Below are positions 1-15,000 of a stretch of DNA of 64,000 nucleotides, in pieces; the stretch's first letter is position 1; the number at the start of each line of letters is the position of its first letter. The notes under the pieces are model-generated. The model was not told the origin of the DNA. It did not search any database and was given only the letters and a program-made list of their open reading frames with translations. Both the position numbers and the translations under genes were made by a program. Source of the DNA: Eledone cirrhosa (taxonomy: Eukaryota). Location of the stretch: contig OZ024741.1 in NCBI GenBank assembly GCA_964016885.1, positions 12,338,001 to 12,402,000 of the forward strand, in the 5' to 3' direction.

Positions 1-3000
1 AGAGATCACAGCTCTGATATTAAGGGTATGTGGTTAGAATGTCTCAGGAGATCAGAGAGTCACTCCAGGTAGAGCTGCTACTTCTCCGAATTGAGAGATC
101 ACAGCTCTGATATTAAGGGTATGTGGTTAGAATGTCTCAGGAGATCAGAGAGTCACTCCAGGTAGAGATGCTACTTCTCCGAATTGAGAGATCACAGCTC
201 TGATATTAAGGGTATGAGGTTAGAATGTCTCAGGAGATCAGAGAGTCACTCCAGGTAGAGCTGCTACTTCTCCGAATTGAGAGATCACAGCTCTGATATT
301 AAGGGTATGAGGTTAGAATGTCTCAGGAGATCAGAGAGTCACTCCAGGTAGAGCTGCTACTTCTCCGAATTGAGAGATCACAGCTCTGATATCAAGGGTA
401 TGAGGTCAGAATGTCTCAGCAGATCAGAGAGTCACTCCAGTTAGAGCTGCTACTTCTCCGAATTGAGAGATCACAGCTCTGATATTAAGGGTATGAGGTT
501 AGAATGTCTCAGGAGATCAGAGAGTCACTCCAAGTAGAGCTGCTACTTCTCCGAATTGAGAGATCACAGGTCTGATATTAAGGGTACGTGGTTAGAATAT
601 CTCAGGAGATCAGAGAGTCATTCCAGGTAGATCTGCTACTTCTCCAAATTGAGAGATCACAGCTCTGATATTAAGGGTATGTGGTTAGAATGTCTCAGGA
701 GATCAGAGAGTCACTCCAGGTAGAGCGGCTACTACTCCGAATTGAGAGATTACAGCTCTGATATTAAGGGTATGTGGTTAGAATGTCTCAGGAGATCAGA
801 GAGTCACTCCAGGTAGAGCTGCTACTTCTCCGAATTGAGAGATTACAGCTCTGATATTAAGGGTATGTGGTTTGAATGTCTCAGGAGATCAGAGAATCAC
901 AACAGGTAGAGCTGCTACTCCTCCGATTTGAGATATCACATCTCTGATATTAAGGGTATGTGGTTAGAATGTCTCTGGAGATCAGAGAGTCACTCCAGGT
1001 AGAGCTGCTACTTCTCCGACTTGAGAGATCACAGGCTCTCATATTAAGGGTATGTGGTTAGAATGTCTCAGGAGATCAGAGAGTCACTCCAGATAGAGTG
1101 GCTACTACTCCGAATTGAGAGATTACAGCTCTGATATTAAGGGTATGTGGTTAGAATGTCTCAGGAGATCAGAGAGTCACTCCAGGTAGAGCTGCTACTT
1201 CTCCGAATTGAGAGATCACAGGTCTGATATTAAGGGTCTGTGGTTAGAATGTCTCAGGAGCTCCGAGATTCACTCCAGGTAGAGCTGCTACTTCTCCGAA
1301 TTGAGAGATCACCGCTCTGATATTAAGGGTATGTGGTTAGAATGTCTCAGGAGATCAGAGAGTCATTCCAGGTAAAGCTGCGACTTCTCCGAATTGAGAG
1401 ATCACAGCTCTGATATTAAGGGTATGTGGTTAGAATGTCTCAGGAGATCAGAGAGTCACTCCAGGTAGAGCTGCTACTTTTCCGACTTGAGAGATCACAG
1501 CTCTGATATTAGGGGTATGTGGTTAGAATGTCTCAGGAGATCAGAGAATCACTCCAGGTAGAGCTGCTACTTCTCCGAATTGAGAGATCACAGCTCTGAT
1601 ATTAAGGGTATATTGTTAGAATGTCTCAGGAGATCAGAGAGTCACTCCAGGTAGAGCTGCTACTACACTGAATTGAGAGATCACAGCTCTGATATTAAGG
1701 GTATGTGGTTAAAATGTCTCAGAAGATCAGAGAATCATTCCAGATAGAGCTGCTACTTCTCCGAATTGAGAGATCACAGCTCTGATATTAAGGGTATTTG
1801 GTTAAAATGTCTCAGGAGATCAGAGAATCATTCCAGATAGAGCTGCTACTTCTCTGAATTGAGAGATCACAGCTCTGATATTAAGGGTATGTGGTTAGAA
1901 TGTCTCAGAAGATCAGAGAGTCACTCCAGGTAGAGCTCCTACTACTCCGAATTGAGAGATCACAGCTCTGATCTTAAGGGTATGTGGTTAGAATGTCTCA
2001 GGAGATCAGAGAGTCACTCCAGGTAGAGCTGCTACTTCTCCGAATTGAGAGATCACAGCTCTGATATTAAGGGTATGTGGTTAGAATGTCTCAGGAGATC
2101 AGAGAGTCACTCCAGGTAGAGCTGCTACTTCTCCGAATTGAGAGATCACAGCTCTGATATTAAGGGTATGTGGTTAGAATGTCTCAGGAGATCAGAGAGT
2201 CACTCCAGGTAGAGCTGCTACTTCTCCTAATTGAGAGATCACAGCTCTGATATTAATGGTATGTGGTTAGAATGTCTCAGGAGATCAGAGAGTCATTCCA
2301 GGTAGAGCTGCTACTTCTCCGAATTGAGAGATCACAGCTCTGATATTAAGGGTACGTGGTTAGAATATCTCAGGAGATCAGAGAGTCATTCCAGGTAGAT
2401 CTGCTACTTCTCCGAATTAAAAGATCACAGCTCTGATATTAAGGGTATGTGGTTTGAATGTCTCAGGAGATCAGAGAGTTATTCCAGGTAGAGCTGCTAC
2501 TTCTCCAAATTGACAGATTACAGCTCTGATATTAAGGGTATGTGGTTAGAATGTCTCAGGAGATCAGAGAGTCACTCCAGGTAGAGCGGCTACTACTCCG
2601 AATTGAGAGATTACAGCTCTGATATTAAGGGTATGTGGTTAGAATGTCTCAGGAGATCAGAGAGTCACTCCAGGTAGAGCGGCTACTACTCCGAATTGAG
2701 AGATTACAGCTCTGATATTAAGGGTATGTGGTTAGAATGTCTCAGGAGATCAGAGAGTCTGTCCAGGTAGAGCTGCTACTTCTCCGAATTGAGAGATTAC
2801 AGCTCTGATATTAAGGGTATGTGGTTAGAATGTCTCAGGAGATCAGAGAGTCTGTCCAGGTAGAGCTGCTACCTCTCCGAATTGAGAGATCACAGCTCTG
2901 ATATTAAGGGTATGTGGTTAGAATGTCTCAGGAGATCAGAGAGTCACTCCAGGTAGAGCGGCTACTTCTACGAATTGAGAGATTACAGCTCTGATATTAA

Positions 3001-6000
3001 GGGTATGTGGTTTGAATGTCTCAGGAGATCAGAGAATCACAACAGGTAGAGCTGCTACTCCTCCGATTTGAGATATCACATCTCTGATATTAAGGGTATG
3101 TGGTTAGAATGTCTCTGGAGATGAGAGAGTCACTCCAGGTAGAGCTGCTACTTCTCCAACTTGAGAGATCACAGGCACTCATATTAAGGGTATGTGGTTA
3201 GAATGTCTCAGGAGATCAGAGAGTCACTCCAGATAGAGTGGCTACTACTCCAAATTGAGAGATTACAGCTCTGATATTAAGGGTATGTGGTTAGAATGTC
3301 TCAGGAGATCAGAGAGTCACTCCAGGTAGAGCTGCTACTTCTCCGAATTGAGAGATCACAGGTCTGATATTAAGGGTCTGCGGTTAGAATGTCTCAGGAG
3401 CTCCGAGATTCACTCCAGGTAGAGCTGCTACTTCTCCGAATTGAGAGATCACCGCTCTGATATTAAGGGTATGTGGTTAGAATGTCTCAGGAGATAAGAG
3501 AGTCATTCCAGGTAAAGCTGCTACTTCTCCGAATTGAGAGATCACAGCTCTGATATTAAGGGTATGTGGTTAGAATGTCTCAGGAGATCAGAGAGTCACT
3601 CCAGGTAGAGCTGCTACTTCTCCAAATTGAGAGATCACAGCTCTGATATTAGGGGTATGTGGTTAGAATGTCTCAGGAGATCAGAGAATCACTCCAGGTA
3701 GAGCTGCTACTTCTCCGAATTGAGAGATCACAGCTCTGATATTAAGGGTATATTGTAAGAATGTCTCAGGAGATCAGAGATTCACTCCAGGTAGAGCTGC
3801 TACTACACTGAATTGAGAGATCACAGCTCTGATATTAAGGGTATGTGGTTAAAATGTCTCAGAAGATCAGAGAGTCACTCCAGGTAGAGCTGCTACTTCT
3901 CCGACTTGAGAGATCACAGGCTCTCATATTAAGGGTATGTGGTTAGAATGTCTCAGGAGATCAGAGAGTCATTCCAGATAGAGTGGCTACTACTCCGAAT
4001 TGAGAGATTACAGCTCTGATATTAAGGGTATGTGGTTAGAATGTGTCAGGAGATCAGAGAGTCACTCCAGGTAGAGCTGCTACTTCTCCGAATTGAGAGA
4101 TCACAGGTCTGATATTAAGGGTCTGTGGTTAGAATGTCTCAGGAGATCAGAGAGTCACTCCAGATAGAGTGGCTACTACTCCGAATTGAGAGATTACAGC
4201 TCTGATATTAAGGGTATGTGGTTAGAATGTCTCAGGAGATCAGAGAGTCATTCCAGGTAAAGCTGCTACTTCTCCGAATTGAGAGATCACAGCTCTGATA
4301 TTAAGGGTATGTGGTTAGAATGTCTCAGGAGATCAGAGAGTCACTCCAGGTAGAGCTGCTACTTCTCCGACTTGAGAGATCACAGCTCTGATATTAGGGG
4401 TATGTGGTTAGAATGTCTCAGGAGATCAGAGAATCACTCCAGGTAGAGCTGCTACTTCTCCGAATTGAGACATCACAGCTCTGATATTAAGGGATTAAGG
4501 GTATCTTGTTAGAATGTCTCAGGAGATCAGAGAGTCACTCCAGGTAGAGCTGCTACTACACTGAATTGAGAGATCACAGCTCTTTTATTAAGGGTATGTG
4601 GTTAAAATGTCTCAGAAGATCAGAGCATCATTCCAGATAGAGCTGCTACTTCTCCGAATTGAGAGATCACAGCTCTGATATTAAGGGTATGTGGTTAAAA
4701 TGTCTCAGTAGATCAGAGAATCGTTCCAGATAGAGCTGCTACTTCTCGGAATTGAGAGATCACAGCTCTGATATTAAGGGTATGTGGTTAGAATGTCTCA
4801 GAAGATCAGAGAGTCACTCCAGGTAGAGCTCCTACTACTCCGAATTGAGAGATCACAGCTCTGATCTTAAGGGTATGTGGTTAGAATGTCTCAGGAGATC
4901 AGAGAGTCACTCCAGGTAGAGCTGCTACTTCTCCGAATTGAGAGATCACAGCTCTGATATTAAGGGTATGTGGTTAGAATGTCTCAGGAGATCAGAGAGT
5001 CGCTCCAGGTAGAGCTGCTACTTCTCCGAATTGAGAGATCACAGCTCTGATATTAAGGGTATGAGGTTAGAATGTCTCAGGAGATCAGAGAGTCACTCCA
5101 GGTAGAGCTGCTACTTCTCCGAATTGAGAGATCACAGCTCTGATATTAAGGGTACGTGGTTAGAATATCTCAGGAGATCAGAGAGTTATTCCAGGTAGAG
5201 CTGCTACTTCTCCAAATTGACAGATTACAGCTCTGATATTAATGGTATGTGGTTAGAATGTCTCAGGAGATCAGAGAGTCACTCCAGGTAGAACTGCTAC
5301 TTCTCCAAATTGAGAGATCACAGCTCTGATATTAAGGGTATGTGGTTTGAATGTCTCAGGAGATCAGAGAGTCACTCCAGGTAGAGCGGCTACTACTCCG
5401 AATTGAGAGATTACTGCTCTGATATTAAGGGTATGTGGTTAAAATGTCTCAGAAGATCAGAGAATCACTCCAGGTAGAGCTGCTACTTCTCCGAATTGAG
5501 AGATAACAGCTCTGATATTAAGGGTATATTGTTAGAATGTCTCAGGAGATCAGAGAGTCACTCCAGGTAGACCTGCTACTACACTGAATTGAGAGATCAC
5601 AGCTCTGATATTAAGGGTATGTGGTTAAAATGTCTCAGGAGATCAGAGAGTCATTCCAGGTACAGCTGCTACTTCTCAGAATTGAGAGATCACAGCTCTG
5701 ATATTAAGGGTATGTGGTTAGAATGTCTCAGGAGATCAGAGAGTCACTCCAGGTAGAGCTGCTACTTCTCCGAATTGAGAGATCACAGCTCTGATATTAA
5801 GGGTATGTGGTTAGAATGTCTCAGGAGATCAGAGAGTCATTCCAGGTAGAGCTGTTACTTCTACGAATTGAGAGATCACAGTTCTGATAATAAGGGTATG
5901 TGGTTAGAATGTCTCAGGAGATCAGACAGTCACCCCAGGTAGAGCGGCTACTACTCCGAATTGAGAGATCACAGCTCTGATATTAATGGTATGTGGTTAG

Positions 6001-9000
6001 AATGTCTCAGGAGATCAGAGAGTCACTCCAGGTAGAGCTGCTACTTCTCCGAATTGAGAGATCACAGCTCTGATATTAAGGGTATGTGGTTACAATATCT
6101 CAGGAGATCAGAGAGTCATTCCAGGTAGATCTCCTACTTCTTCGAATTGAAGATCACAGCTCTGATATTAAGGGTATGTGGTTAGAACGTCTCAGGAGAT
6201 CAGAGAGTCATTCCAGGTAGAGCTGCTACTTCTCCAAATTGAGATATTACAGCTCTGATATTAGGGGTTTGTGGTTAGAATGTCTCAGGAGATCAGAGAG
6301 TCACTCCAGGTAGAACTGCTACTTCCCCAAATTGAGAGATCACAGCTCTGATATTAACGGTATGTGGTTAGAATGTCTCAGGAGATCAGAGAGTCACTCC
6401 AGGTAGAGCGGCTACTAATCCAAATTGAGAGATTACAGCTCTGATATTAAGGGTATGTGGTTAGAATGTCTCAGGAGATCAGAGAGTCACTCCAGGTGGA
6501 ACTGCTACTTCTCCAAATTGAGAGATCACAGTTCTGATATTAAGGGTATGTGGTTAGAATGTCTCAGGAGATCAGAGAGTCAGTCCAGGTAGAGATGCTT
6601 CTTCTCCGAATTGAGAGATCACAGCTCTGATATTAAGAGTATGTGGTTAGAATGTCTCAGGAGATCAGAGAGTCAGTCCAGGTAGAGATGCTTCTTCTCC
6701 GAATTGAGAGATCACAGCTCTGATATTAAGAGTATGTGGTTAGAATGTCTCAGGAGATCAGAGAGTCACTCCAGGTAGAGCAGCTACTTCTCCAAATTGA
6801 GAGATCACAGCTCTGATATTAAGGGTAGTGGGTTAGAATGTCTCAGGGGATCAGAGAGTCACTCCAGATAGAGTGGCTACTACTCCGAATTGAGAGATTA
6901 CAGCTCTGATATTAAGGGTATGTGGTTAGAATGTCTCAGGAGATCAGAGAGTCATTCCAGGTAGAGCTGCTACTTTTCCGAATTGAGAGATCACAGCTCT
7001 GATATTAAGGGTATGTGGTTAAAATGTCTCAGGAGATCAGAGAATCATTCCAGATAGAGCTGCTACTTCTCCGAATTGAGAGATCACAGCTCTGATATTA
7101 AGGGTATGTGGTTAGAATGTCTCAGAAGATCAGAGAGTCACTCCAGGTAGAGCTCCTACTACTCCGAATTGAGAGATCACAGCTCTGATATTAAGGGTAT
7201 GTGGTTAGAATGTCTCAGGAGATCAGAGAGTCTCTCCAGGTAGAGCTGCTACTTCTCCGAATTGAGAGATCACAGCTCTGATATTAAGGGTATGTGGTTA
7301 GAATGTCTCAGGAGATCAGAGAGTCACTCCAGGTAGAGATGCTACTTCTCCGAATTGAGAGATCACAGCTCTGATATTAAGGGTATGAGGTTAGAATGTC
7401 TCAGGAGATCAGAGAGTCACTCCAGGTAGAGCGGCTACTACTCCGAATTGAGAGATTACAGCTCTGATATTAAGGGTATGTGGTTAGAATGTCTCAGGAG
7501 ATCAGAGAGTCACTCCAGGTAGAGCGGCTACTACTCCGAATTGAGAGATTACAGCTCTGATATTAAGGGTATGTGGTTAGAATGTCTCAGGAGATCAGAG
7601 AGTCTGTCCAGGTAGAGCTGCTACTTCTCCGAATTGAGAGATCACAGCTCTGATATTAAGGGTATGTGGTTAGAATGTCTCAGGAGATCAGAGAGTCACT
7701 CCAGGTAGAGCGGCTACTTCTACGAATTGAGAGATTACAGCTCTGATATTAAGGGTATGTGGTTTGAATGTCTCAGGAGATCAGAGAATCACAACAGGTA
7801 GAGCTGCTACTCCTCCGATTTGAGATATCACATCTCTGATATTAAGGGTATGTGGTTAGAATGTCTCTGGAGATGAGAGAGTCACTCCAGGTAGAGCTGC
7901 TACTTCTCCGACTTGAGAGATCACAGGCACTCATATTAAGGGTATGTGGTTAGAATGTCTCAGGAGATCAGAGAGTCACTCCAGATAGAGTGGCTACTAC
8001 TCCGAATTGAGAGATTACAGCTCTGATATTAAGGGTATGTGGTTAGAATGTCTCAGGAGATCAGAGAGTCACTCCAGGTAGAGCTGCTACTTCTCCGAAT
8101 TGAGAGATCACAGGTCTGATATTAAGGGTCTGCGGTTAGAATGTCTCAGGAGCTTCGAGATTCACTCCAGGTAGAGCTGCTACTTCTCCGAATTGAGAGA
8201 TCACCGCTCTGATATTAAGGGTATGTGGTTAGAATGTCTCAGGAGATCAGAGAGTCATTCCAGGTAAAGCTGCTACTTCTCCGAATTGAGAGATCACAGC
8301 TCTGATATTAAGGGTATGTGGTTAGAATGTCTCAGGAGATCAGAGAGTCACTCCAGGTAGAGCTGCTACTTCTCCAAATTGAGAGATCACAGCTCTGATA
8401 TTAGGGGTATGTGGTTAGAATGTCTCAGGAGATCAGAGAATCACTCCAGGTAGAGCTGCTACTTCTCCAAATTGAGAGATCACAGCTCTGATATTAAGGG
8501 TATATTGTAAGAATGTCTCAGGAGATCAGAGATTCACTCCAGGTAGAGCTGCTACTACACTGAATTGAGAGATCACAGCTCTGATATTAAGGGTATGTGG
8601 TTAAAATGTCTCAGAAGATCAGAGAATCATTCCAGATAGAGCTGCTACTTCTCCGAATTAAGAGATCACAGCTCTGATATTAAGGGTATGTGGTTAAAAT
8701 GTCTCAGGAGATCAGAGAATCATTCCAGATAGAGCTGCTACTTCTCGGAATTGAGAGATCACAGCTCTGATATTAAGGGTATGTGGTTAGAATGTCTCAG
8801 AAGATCAGAGAGTCACTCCAGGTAGAGCTCCTACTACTCCGAATTGAGAGATCACAGCTCTGATCTTAAGGGTATGTGGTTAGAATGTCTCTGGAGATCA
8901 GAGAGTCACTCCAGGTAGAGCTGCTACTTCTCCGACTTGAGAGATCACAGCTCTGATATTAAGTTTATGTGGTTAGAATGTCTCAGGAGATCAGAGAGTC

Positions 9001-12000
9001 ATTCCAGATAGAGTGGCTACTACTCCGAATTGAGAGATTACAGCTCTGATATTAAGGGTATGTGGTTAGAATGTGTCAGGAGATCAGAGAGTCACTCCAG
9101 GTAGAGCTGCTACTTCTCCGAATTGAGAGATCACAGGTCTGATATTAAGGGTCTGTGGTTAGAATGTCTCAGGAGATCAGAGAGTCACTCCAGATAGAGT
9201 GGCTACTACTCCGAATTGAGAGATTACAGCTCTGATATTAAGGGTATGTGGTTAGAATGTCTCAGGAGATCAGAGAGTCATTCCAGGTAAAGCTGCTACT
9301 TCTCCGAATTGAGAGATCACAGCTCTGATATTAAGGGTATGTGGTTAGAATGTCTCAGGAGATCAGAGAGTCACTCCAGGTAGAGCTGCTACTTCTCCGA
9401 CTTGAGAGATCACAGCTCTGATATTAGGGGTATGTGGTTAGAATGTCTCAGGAGATCAGAGAATCACTCCAGGTAGAGCTGCTACTTCTCCGAATTGAGA
9501 CATCACAGCTCTGATATTAAGGGATTAAGGGTATCTTGTTAGAATGTCTCAGGAGATCAGAGAGTCACTCCAGGTAGAGCTGCAACTACACTGAATTGAG
9601 AGATCACAGCTCTTTTATTAAGGGTATGTGGTTAAAATGTCTCAGAAGATCAGAGCATCATTCCAGATAGAGCTGCTACTTCTCCGAATTGAGAGATCAC
9701 AGCTCTGATATTAAGGGTATGTGGTTAAAATGTCTCAGGAGATCAGAGAATCGTTCCAGATAGAGCTGCTACTTCTCGGGATTGAGAGATCACAGCTCTG
9801 ATATTAAGGGTATGTGGTTAGAATGTCTCAGAAGATCAGAGAGTCACTCCAGGTAGAGCTCCTACTTCTCCGAATTGAGAGATCACAGGTCTTATATTAA
9901 GGGTATGTGCTTAGAATATCTCAGGAGATCAGAGATTCACTCCAAGTAGAGCTGCTACTTCTCCGAATTGAGAGGTCACAGCTCTGATATTAAGTTTATG
10001 TGGTTAGAATGTCTCAGGAGATCAGAGATTCATTCCAGGTAGAGCTGCTACTTCTCCGAATTGTGAGATCACAGCTCTGATATTAAGGGTATGTGGTTAG
10101 AATGTCTCAGGAGATCAGAGAGTCATTCCAGGTAGAGCTGCTATTTCTCCGAATTGAGAGATCACAGTTCTGATATTAAGGGTATGTGGTTAGAATGTCT
10201 CAGGAGATCAGAGAGTTATTCCAGATAGAGTTGCAACTTCTCCGAATTGAGAGATCACAGCTCTGATATTAGGGGTATGTGGTTAGAATGTCTCAGGAAA
10301 TCAGAGAGTCATTCCAGGTAGAGATGCTACTTCTCCGAATTGAGAGATCACAGCTCTGATATTAAGGGTATGTGGTTAGAATGTCTCACGAGATCAGAGA
10401 GTCACTCCAGGTAGAGCTGCTACTTCTCCGAATTGAGAGATCACAGCTCTGATATTAATGGTATGTGGTTAGAATGTCTCAGGAGATCAGAGAGTCATTC
10501 CAGGTAGAGCTGCTACTTCTCCGAATTGAGAGATCACAGCTCTGATATTAAGGGTATGTGGTTAGAATATCTCAGGAGATCAGAGATTCATTCCAGGTAG
10601 AGCTGCTACTTCTCTGAATTGTGAGATCACAGCTCTGATATTAAGGGTATGTGGTTAGAATGTCTCAGGAGATCAGAGAGTCATTCCAGGTAGAGCTGCT
10701 ATTTCTCCGAATTGAGAGATCACAGCTCTGATATTAGGGGTATGTGGTTAGAATGTCTCAGGAAATCAGAGAGTCATTCCAGGTAGAGATGCTACTTCTC
10801 CGAATTGAGAGATCACAGCTCTGATATTAAGGGTATGTGGTTAGAATGTCTCACGAGATCAGAGAGTCACTCCAGGTAGAGCTGCTACTTCTCCCAATTG
10901 AGAGATCACAGCTCTGATATTAAGGGTACGTGGTTAGAATATCTCAGGAGATCAGAGAGTCATTCCAGGTAGATCTGCTACTTCTCCGAATTGAAAGATC
11001 ACAGCTCTGATATTATGGGTATGTGGTTAGAATGTCTCAGGAGATCAGAGAGTCACTCCAGGTAGAACTGCTACTTCTCCAAATTGAGAGATCACAGCTC
11101 TGATATTAAGCGTACGTGGTTAGAATGTCTCAGGAGATCAGAGAGTCACTCCAGGTAGAGCGGCTACTACTCCGAAATGAGAGATTACAGCTCTGATATT
11201 AAGGGTATGTGGTTAGAATGTCTCAGGAGATCAGAGAGTCACTCCAAGTAGAGCTGCTACTTCTCCGACTTGAGAGATCACAGGCTCTCATATTAAGGGT
11301 ATGTGGTTAGAATGTCTCAGGAGATCAGAGAGTCACTCCAGATAGAGTGGCTACTACTCCGAATTGAGAGATTACAGCTCTGATATTAAGGGTATGTGGT
11401 TAGAATGTCTCAGGAGATCAGAGAGTCACTCCAGGTAGAGCTGCTACTTCTCCGAATTGAGAGATCACAGGTCTGATATTAAGGGTCTGTGGTTAGAATG
11501 TCTCAGGAGCTCCGAGATTCACTCCAGGTAAAGCTGCTACTTCTCCGAATTGAGAGATCACCGCTCTGATATTAAGGGTATGTGGTTAGAATGTCTCAGG
11601 AGATCAGAGTGTCATTCCAGGTAAAGCTGCTACTTCTCCGAATTGAGAGATCACAGCTCTGATATTAAGGGTATGTGGTTAGAATGTCTCAGGAGATCAG
11701 AGAGTCACTCCAGGTAGAGCTGCTACTTCTCCGACTTGAGAGATCACAGCTCTGATATTAGGGGTATGTGGTTAGAATGTCTCAGGAGATCAGAGAATCA
11801 CTCCAGGTAGAGCTGCTACTTCTCCGAATTGAGAGATCACAGCTCTGATATTAAGGGTATGTGGTTAGAATGTCTCAGGAGATCAGAGAGTCACTCCAGG
11901 TAGAGCTGCTACTACACTGAATTGAGAGGTCACAACTCTGATATTAAGGGTATGTGGTTAAAATGTCTCAGAAGATCAGAGAATCATTCCAGATAGAGCT

Positions 12001-15000
12001 GCTACTTCTCCGAATTGAGAGATCACAGCTCTGATATTAAGGGTATGTGGTTAAAATGTCTCAGGAGTTCAGAGATTCATTCCAGATAGAGCTGCTACTT
12101 CTCCGAATTGAGAGATCACAGCTCTGATATTAAGGGTATGTGGTTAGAATGTCTCAGGAGATCAGAGAGTCACTCCAGGTAGAGCTGCTACTTCTCCGAA
12201 TTGAGAGATCACAGCTCTGATATTAAGGGTATGTGGTTAGAATGTCTCAGGAGATCAGAGAGTCTCTCCAGGTAGAGCTGCTACTTCTCCGATTTGAGAG
12301 ATCACAGCTCTGATATTAAGGGTATGAGGTTAGAATGTCTCAGGAGATCAGAGAGTCACTCCAGGTAGAGCTGCTACTTCTCCGAATTGAGAGATCACAG
12401 CTCTGATATTAATGGTATGTGGTTAGAATGTCTCAGGAGATCAGAGAGTCATTCCAGGTAGAGCTGCTACTTCTCCGAATTGAGAGATCACAGCTCTGAT
12501 ATTAAGGGTATGTGGTTAGAGTGTCTCAGGAGATCAGAGAGTCATTCCAGGTAGATCTGCTACTTCTCCGAATTGAAAGATCACAGCTCTGATATTACGG
12601 GTATTTGGTTAGAACGTCTCAGGAGATCAGAGAGTCATTCCAGGTAGAGCTGCTACTTCTCCGAATTGAGAGATCACAGCTCTGATATTAATGGTATGTG
12701 GTTAGAATGTCTCAGGAGATCAGAGAGTCATTCCAGGTAGAGCTGCTACTTCTCCGAATTGAGAGATCACAGCTCTGATATTAAGGGTATGTGGTTAGAA
12801 TGTCTCAGGAGATCAGAGAGTCATTCCAGGTAGATCTGCTACTTCTCCGAATTGAAAGATCACAGCTCTGATATTACGGGTATTTGGTTAGAACGTCTCA
12901 GGAGATCAGAGAGTCATTCCAGGTAGAGCTGCTACTTCTCCAAATTGACAGATTACAGCTCTGATATTAATGGTATGTGGTTAGAATGTCTCAGGAGATC
13001 AGAGAGTCACTCCAGGTAGAGCGGCTACTACTCCGAATTGAGAGATTACAGCTCTGATATTAAGGGTATGTGGTTAGAATGTCTCAGGAGATCAGAGAGT
13101 CACTCCAGGTAGAGATGCTACTTCTCCGAATTGAGAGATCACAGCTCTGATATTAAGGGTATGAGGTTAGAATGTCTCAGGAGATCAGAGAGTCACTCCA
13201 GGTAGAGCTGCTACTTCTCCGAATTGAGAGATCACAGCTCTGATATTAAGGGTATGAGGTTAGAATGTCTCAGGAGATCAGAGAGTCACTCCAAGTAGAG
13301 CTGCTACTTCTCCGAATTGAGAGATCACAGGTCTGATATTAAGGGTCTGTGGTTAGAATGTCTCAGGAGCTCCGAGATTCACTCCAGGTAAAGCTGCTAC
13401 TTCTCCGAATTGAGAGATCACCGCTCTGATATTAAGGGTATGTGGTTAGAATGTCTCAGGAGATCAGAGTGTCATTCCAGGTAAAGCTGCTACTTCTCCG
13501 AATTGAGAGATCACAGCTCTGATATTAAGGGTATGTGGTTAGAATGTCTCAGGAGATCAGAGAGTCACTCCAGGTAGAGCTGCTACTTCTCCGACTTGAG
13601 AGATCACAGCTCTGATATTAGGGGTATGTGGTTAGAATGTCTCAGGAGATCAGAGAATCACTCCAGGTAGAGCTGCTACTTCTCCGAATTGAGAGATCAC
13701 AGGTCGGATATTAAGGGTCTGTGGTTAGAATGTCTCAGGAGCTCCGAGATTCACTCCAGGTAAAGCTGCTACTTCTCCGAATTGAGAGATCACCGCTCTG
13801 ATATTAAGGGTATGTGGTTAGAATGTCTCAGGAGATCAGAGTGTCATTCCAGGTAAAGCTGCTACTTCTCCGAATTGAGAGATCACAGCTCTGATATTAA
13901 GGGTATGTGGTTAGAATGTCTCAGGAGATCAGAGAGTCACTCCAGGTAGAGCTGCTACTTCTCCGACTTGAGAGATCACAGCTCTGATATTAGGGGTATG
14001 TGGTTAGAATGTCTCAGGAGATCAGAGAATCACTCCAGGTAGAGCTGCTACTTCTCCGAATTGAGAGATCACAGCTCTGATATTAAGGGTATGTGGTTAG
14101 AATGTCTCAGGAGATCAGAGAGTCACTCCAGGTAGAGCTGCTACTACACTGAATTGAGAGGTCACAACTCTGATATTAAGGGTATGTGGTTAAAATGTCT
14201 CAGATGATCAGAGAATCATTCCAGATAGAGCTGCTACTTCTCCGAATTGAGAGATCACAGCTCTGATATTAAGGGTATGTGGTTAAAATGTCTCAGGAGT
14301 TCAGAGATTCATTCCAGATAGAGCTGCTACTTCTCCGAATTGAGAGATCACAGCTCTGATATTAAGGGTATGTGGTTAGAATGTCTCAGGAGATCAGAGA
14401 GTCACTCCAGGTAGAGCTGCTACTTCTCCGAATTGAGAGATCACAGCTCTGATATTAAGGGTATGTGGTTAGAATGTCTCAGGAGATCAGAGAGTCTCTC
14501 CAGGTAGAGCTGCTACTTCTCCGATTTGAGAGATCACAGCTCTGATATTAAGGGTATGAGGTTAGAATGTCTCAGGAGATCAGAGAGTCACTCCAGGTAG
14601 AGCTGCTACTTCTCCGAATTGAGAGATCACAGCTCTGATATTAATGGTATGTGGTTAGAATGTCTCAGGAGATCAGAGAGTCATTCCAGGTAGAGCTGCT
14701 ACTTCTCCGAATTGAGAGATCACAGCTCTGATATTAAGGGTATGTGGTTAGAGTGTCTCAGGAGATCAGAGAGTCATTCCAGGTAGATCTGCTACTTCTC
14801 CGAATTGAAAGATCACAGCTCTGATATTACGGGTATTTGGTTAGAACGTCTCAGGAGATCAGAGAGTCATTCCAGGTAGAGCTGCTACTTCTCCGAATTG
14901 AGAGATCACAGCTCTGATATTAATGGTATGTGGTTAGAATGTCTCAGGAGATCAGAGAGTCATTCCAGGTAGAGCTGCTACTTCTCCGAATTGAGAGATC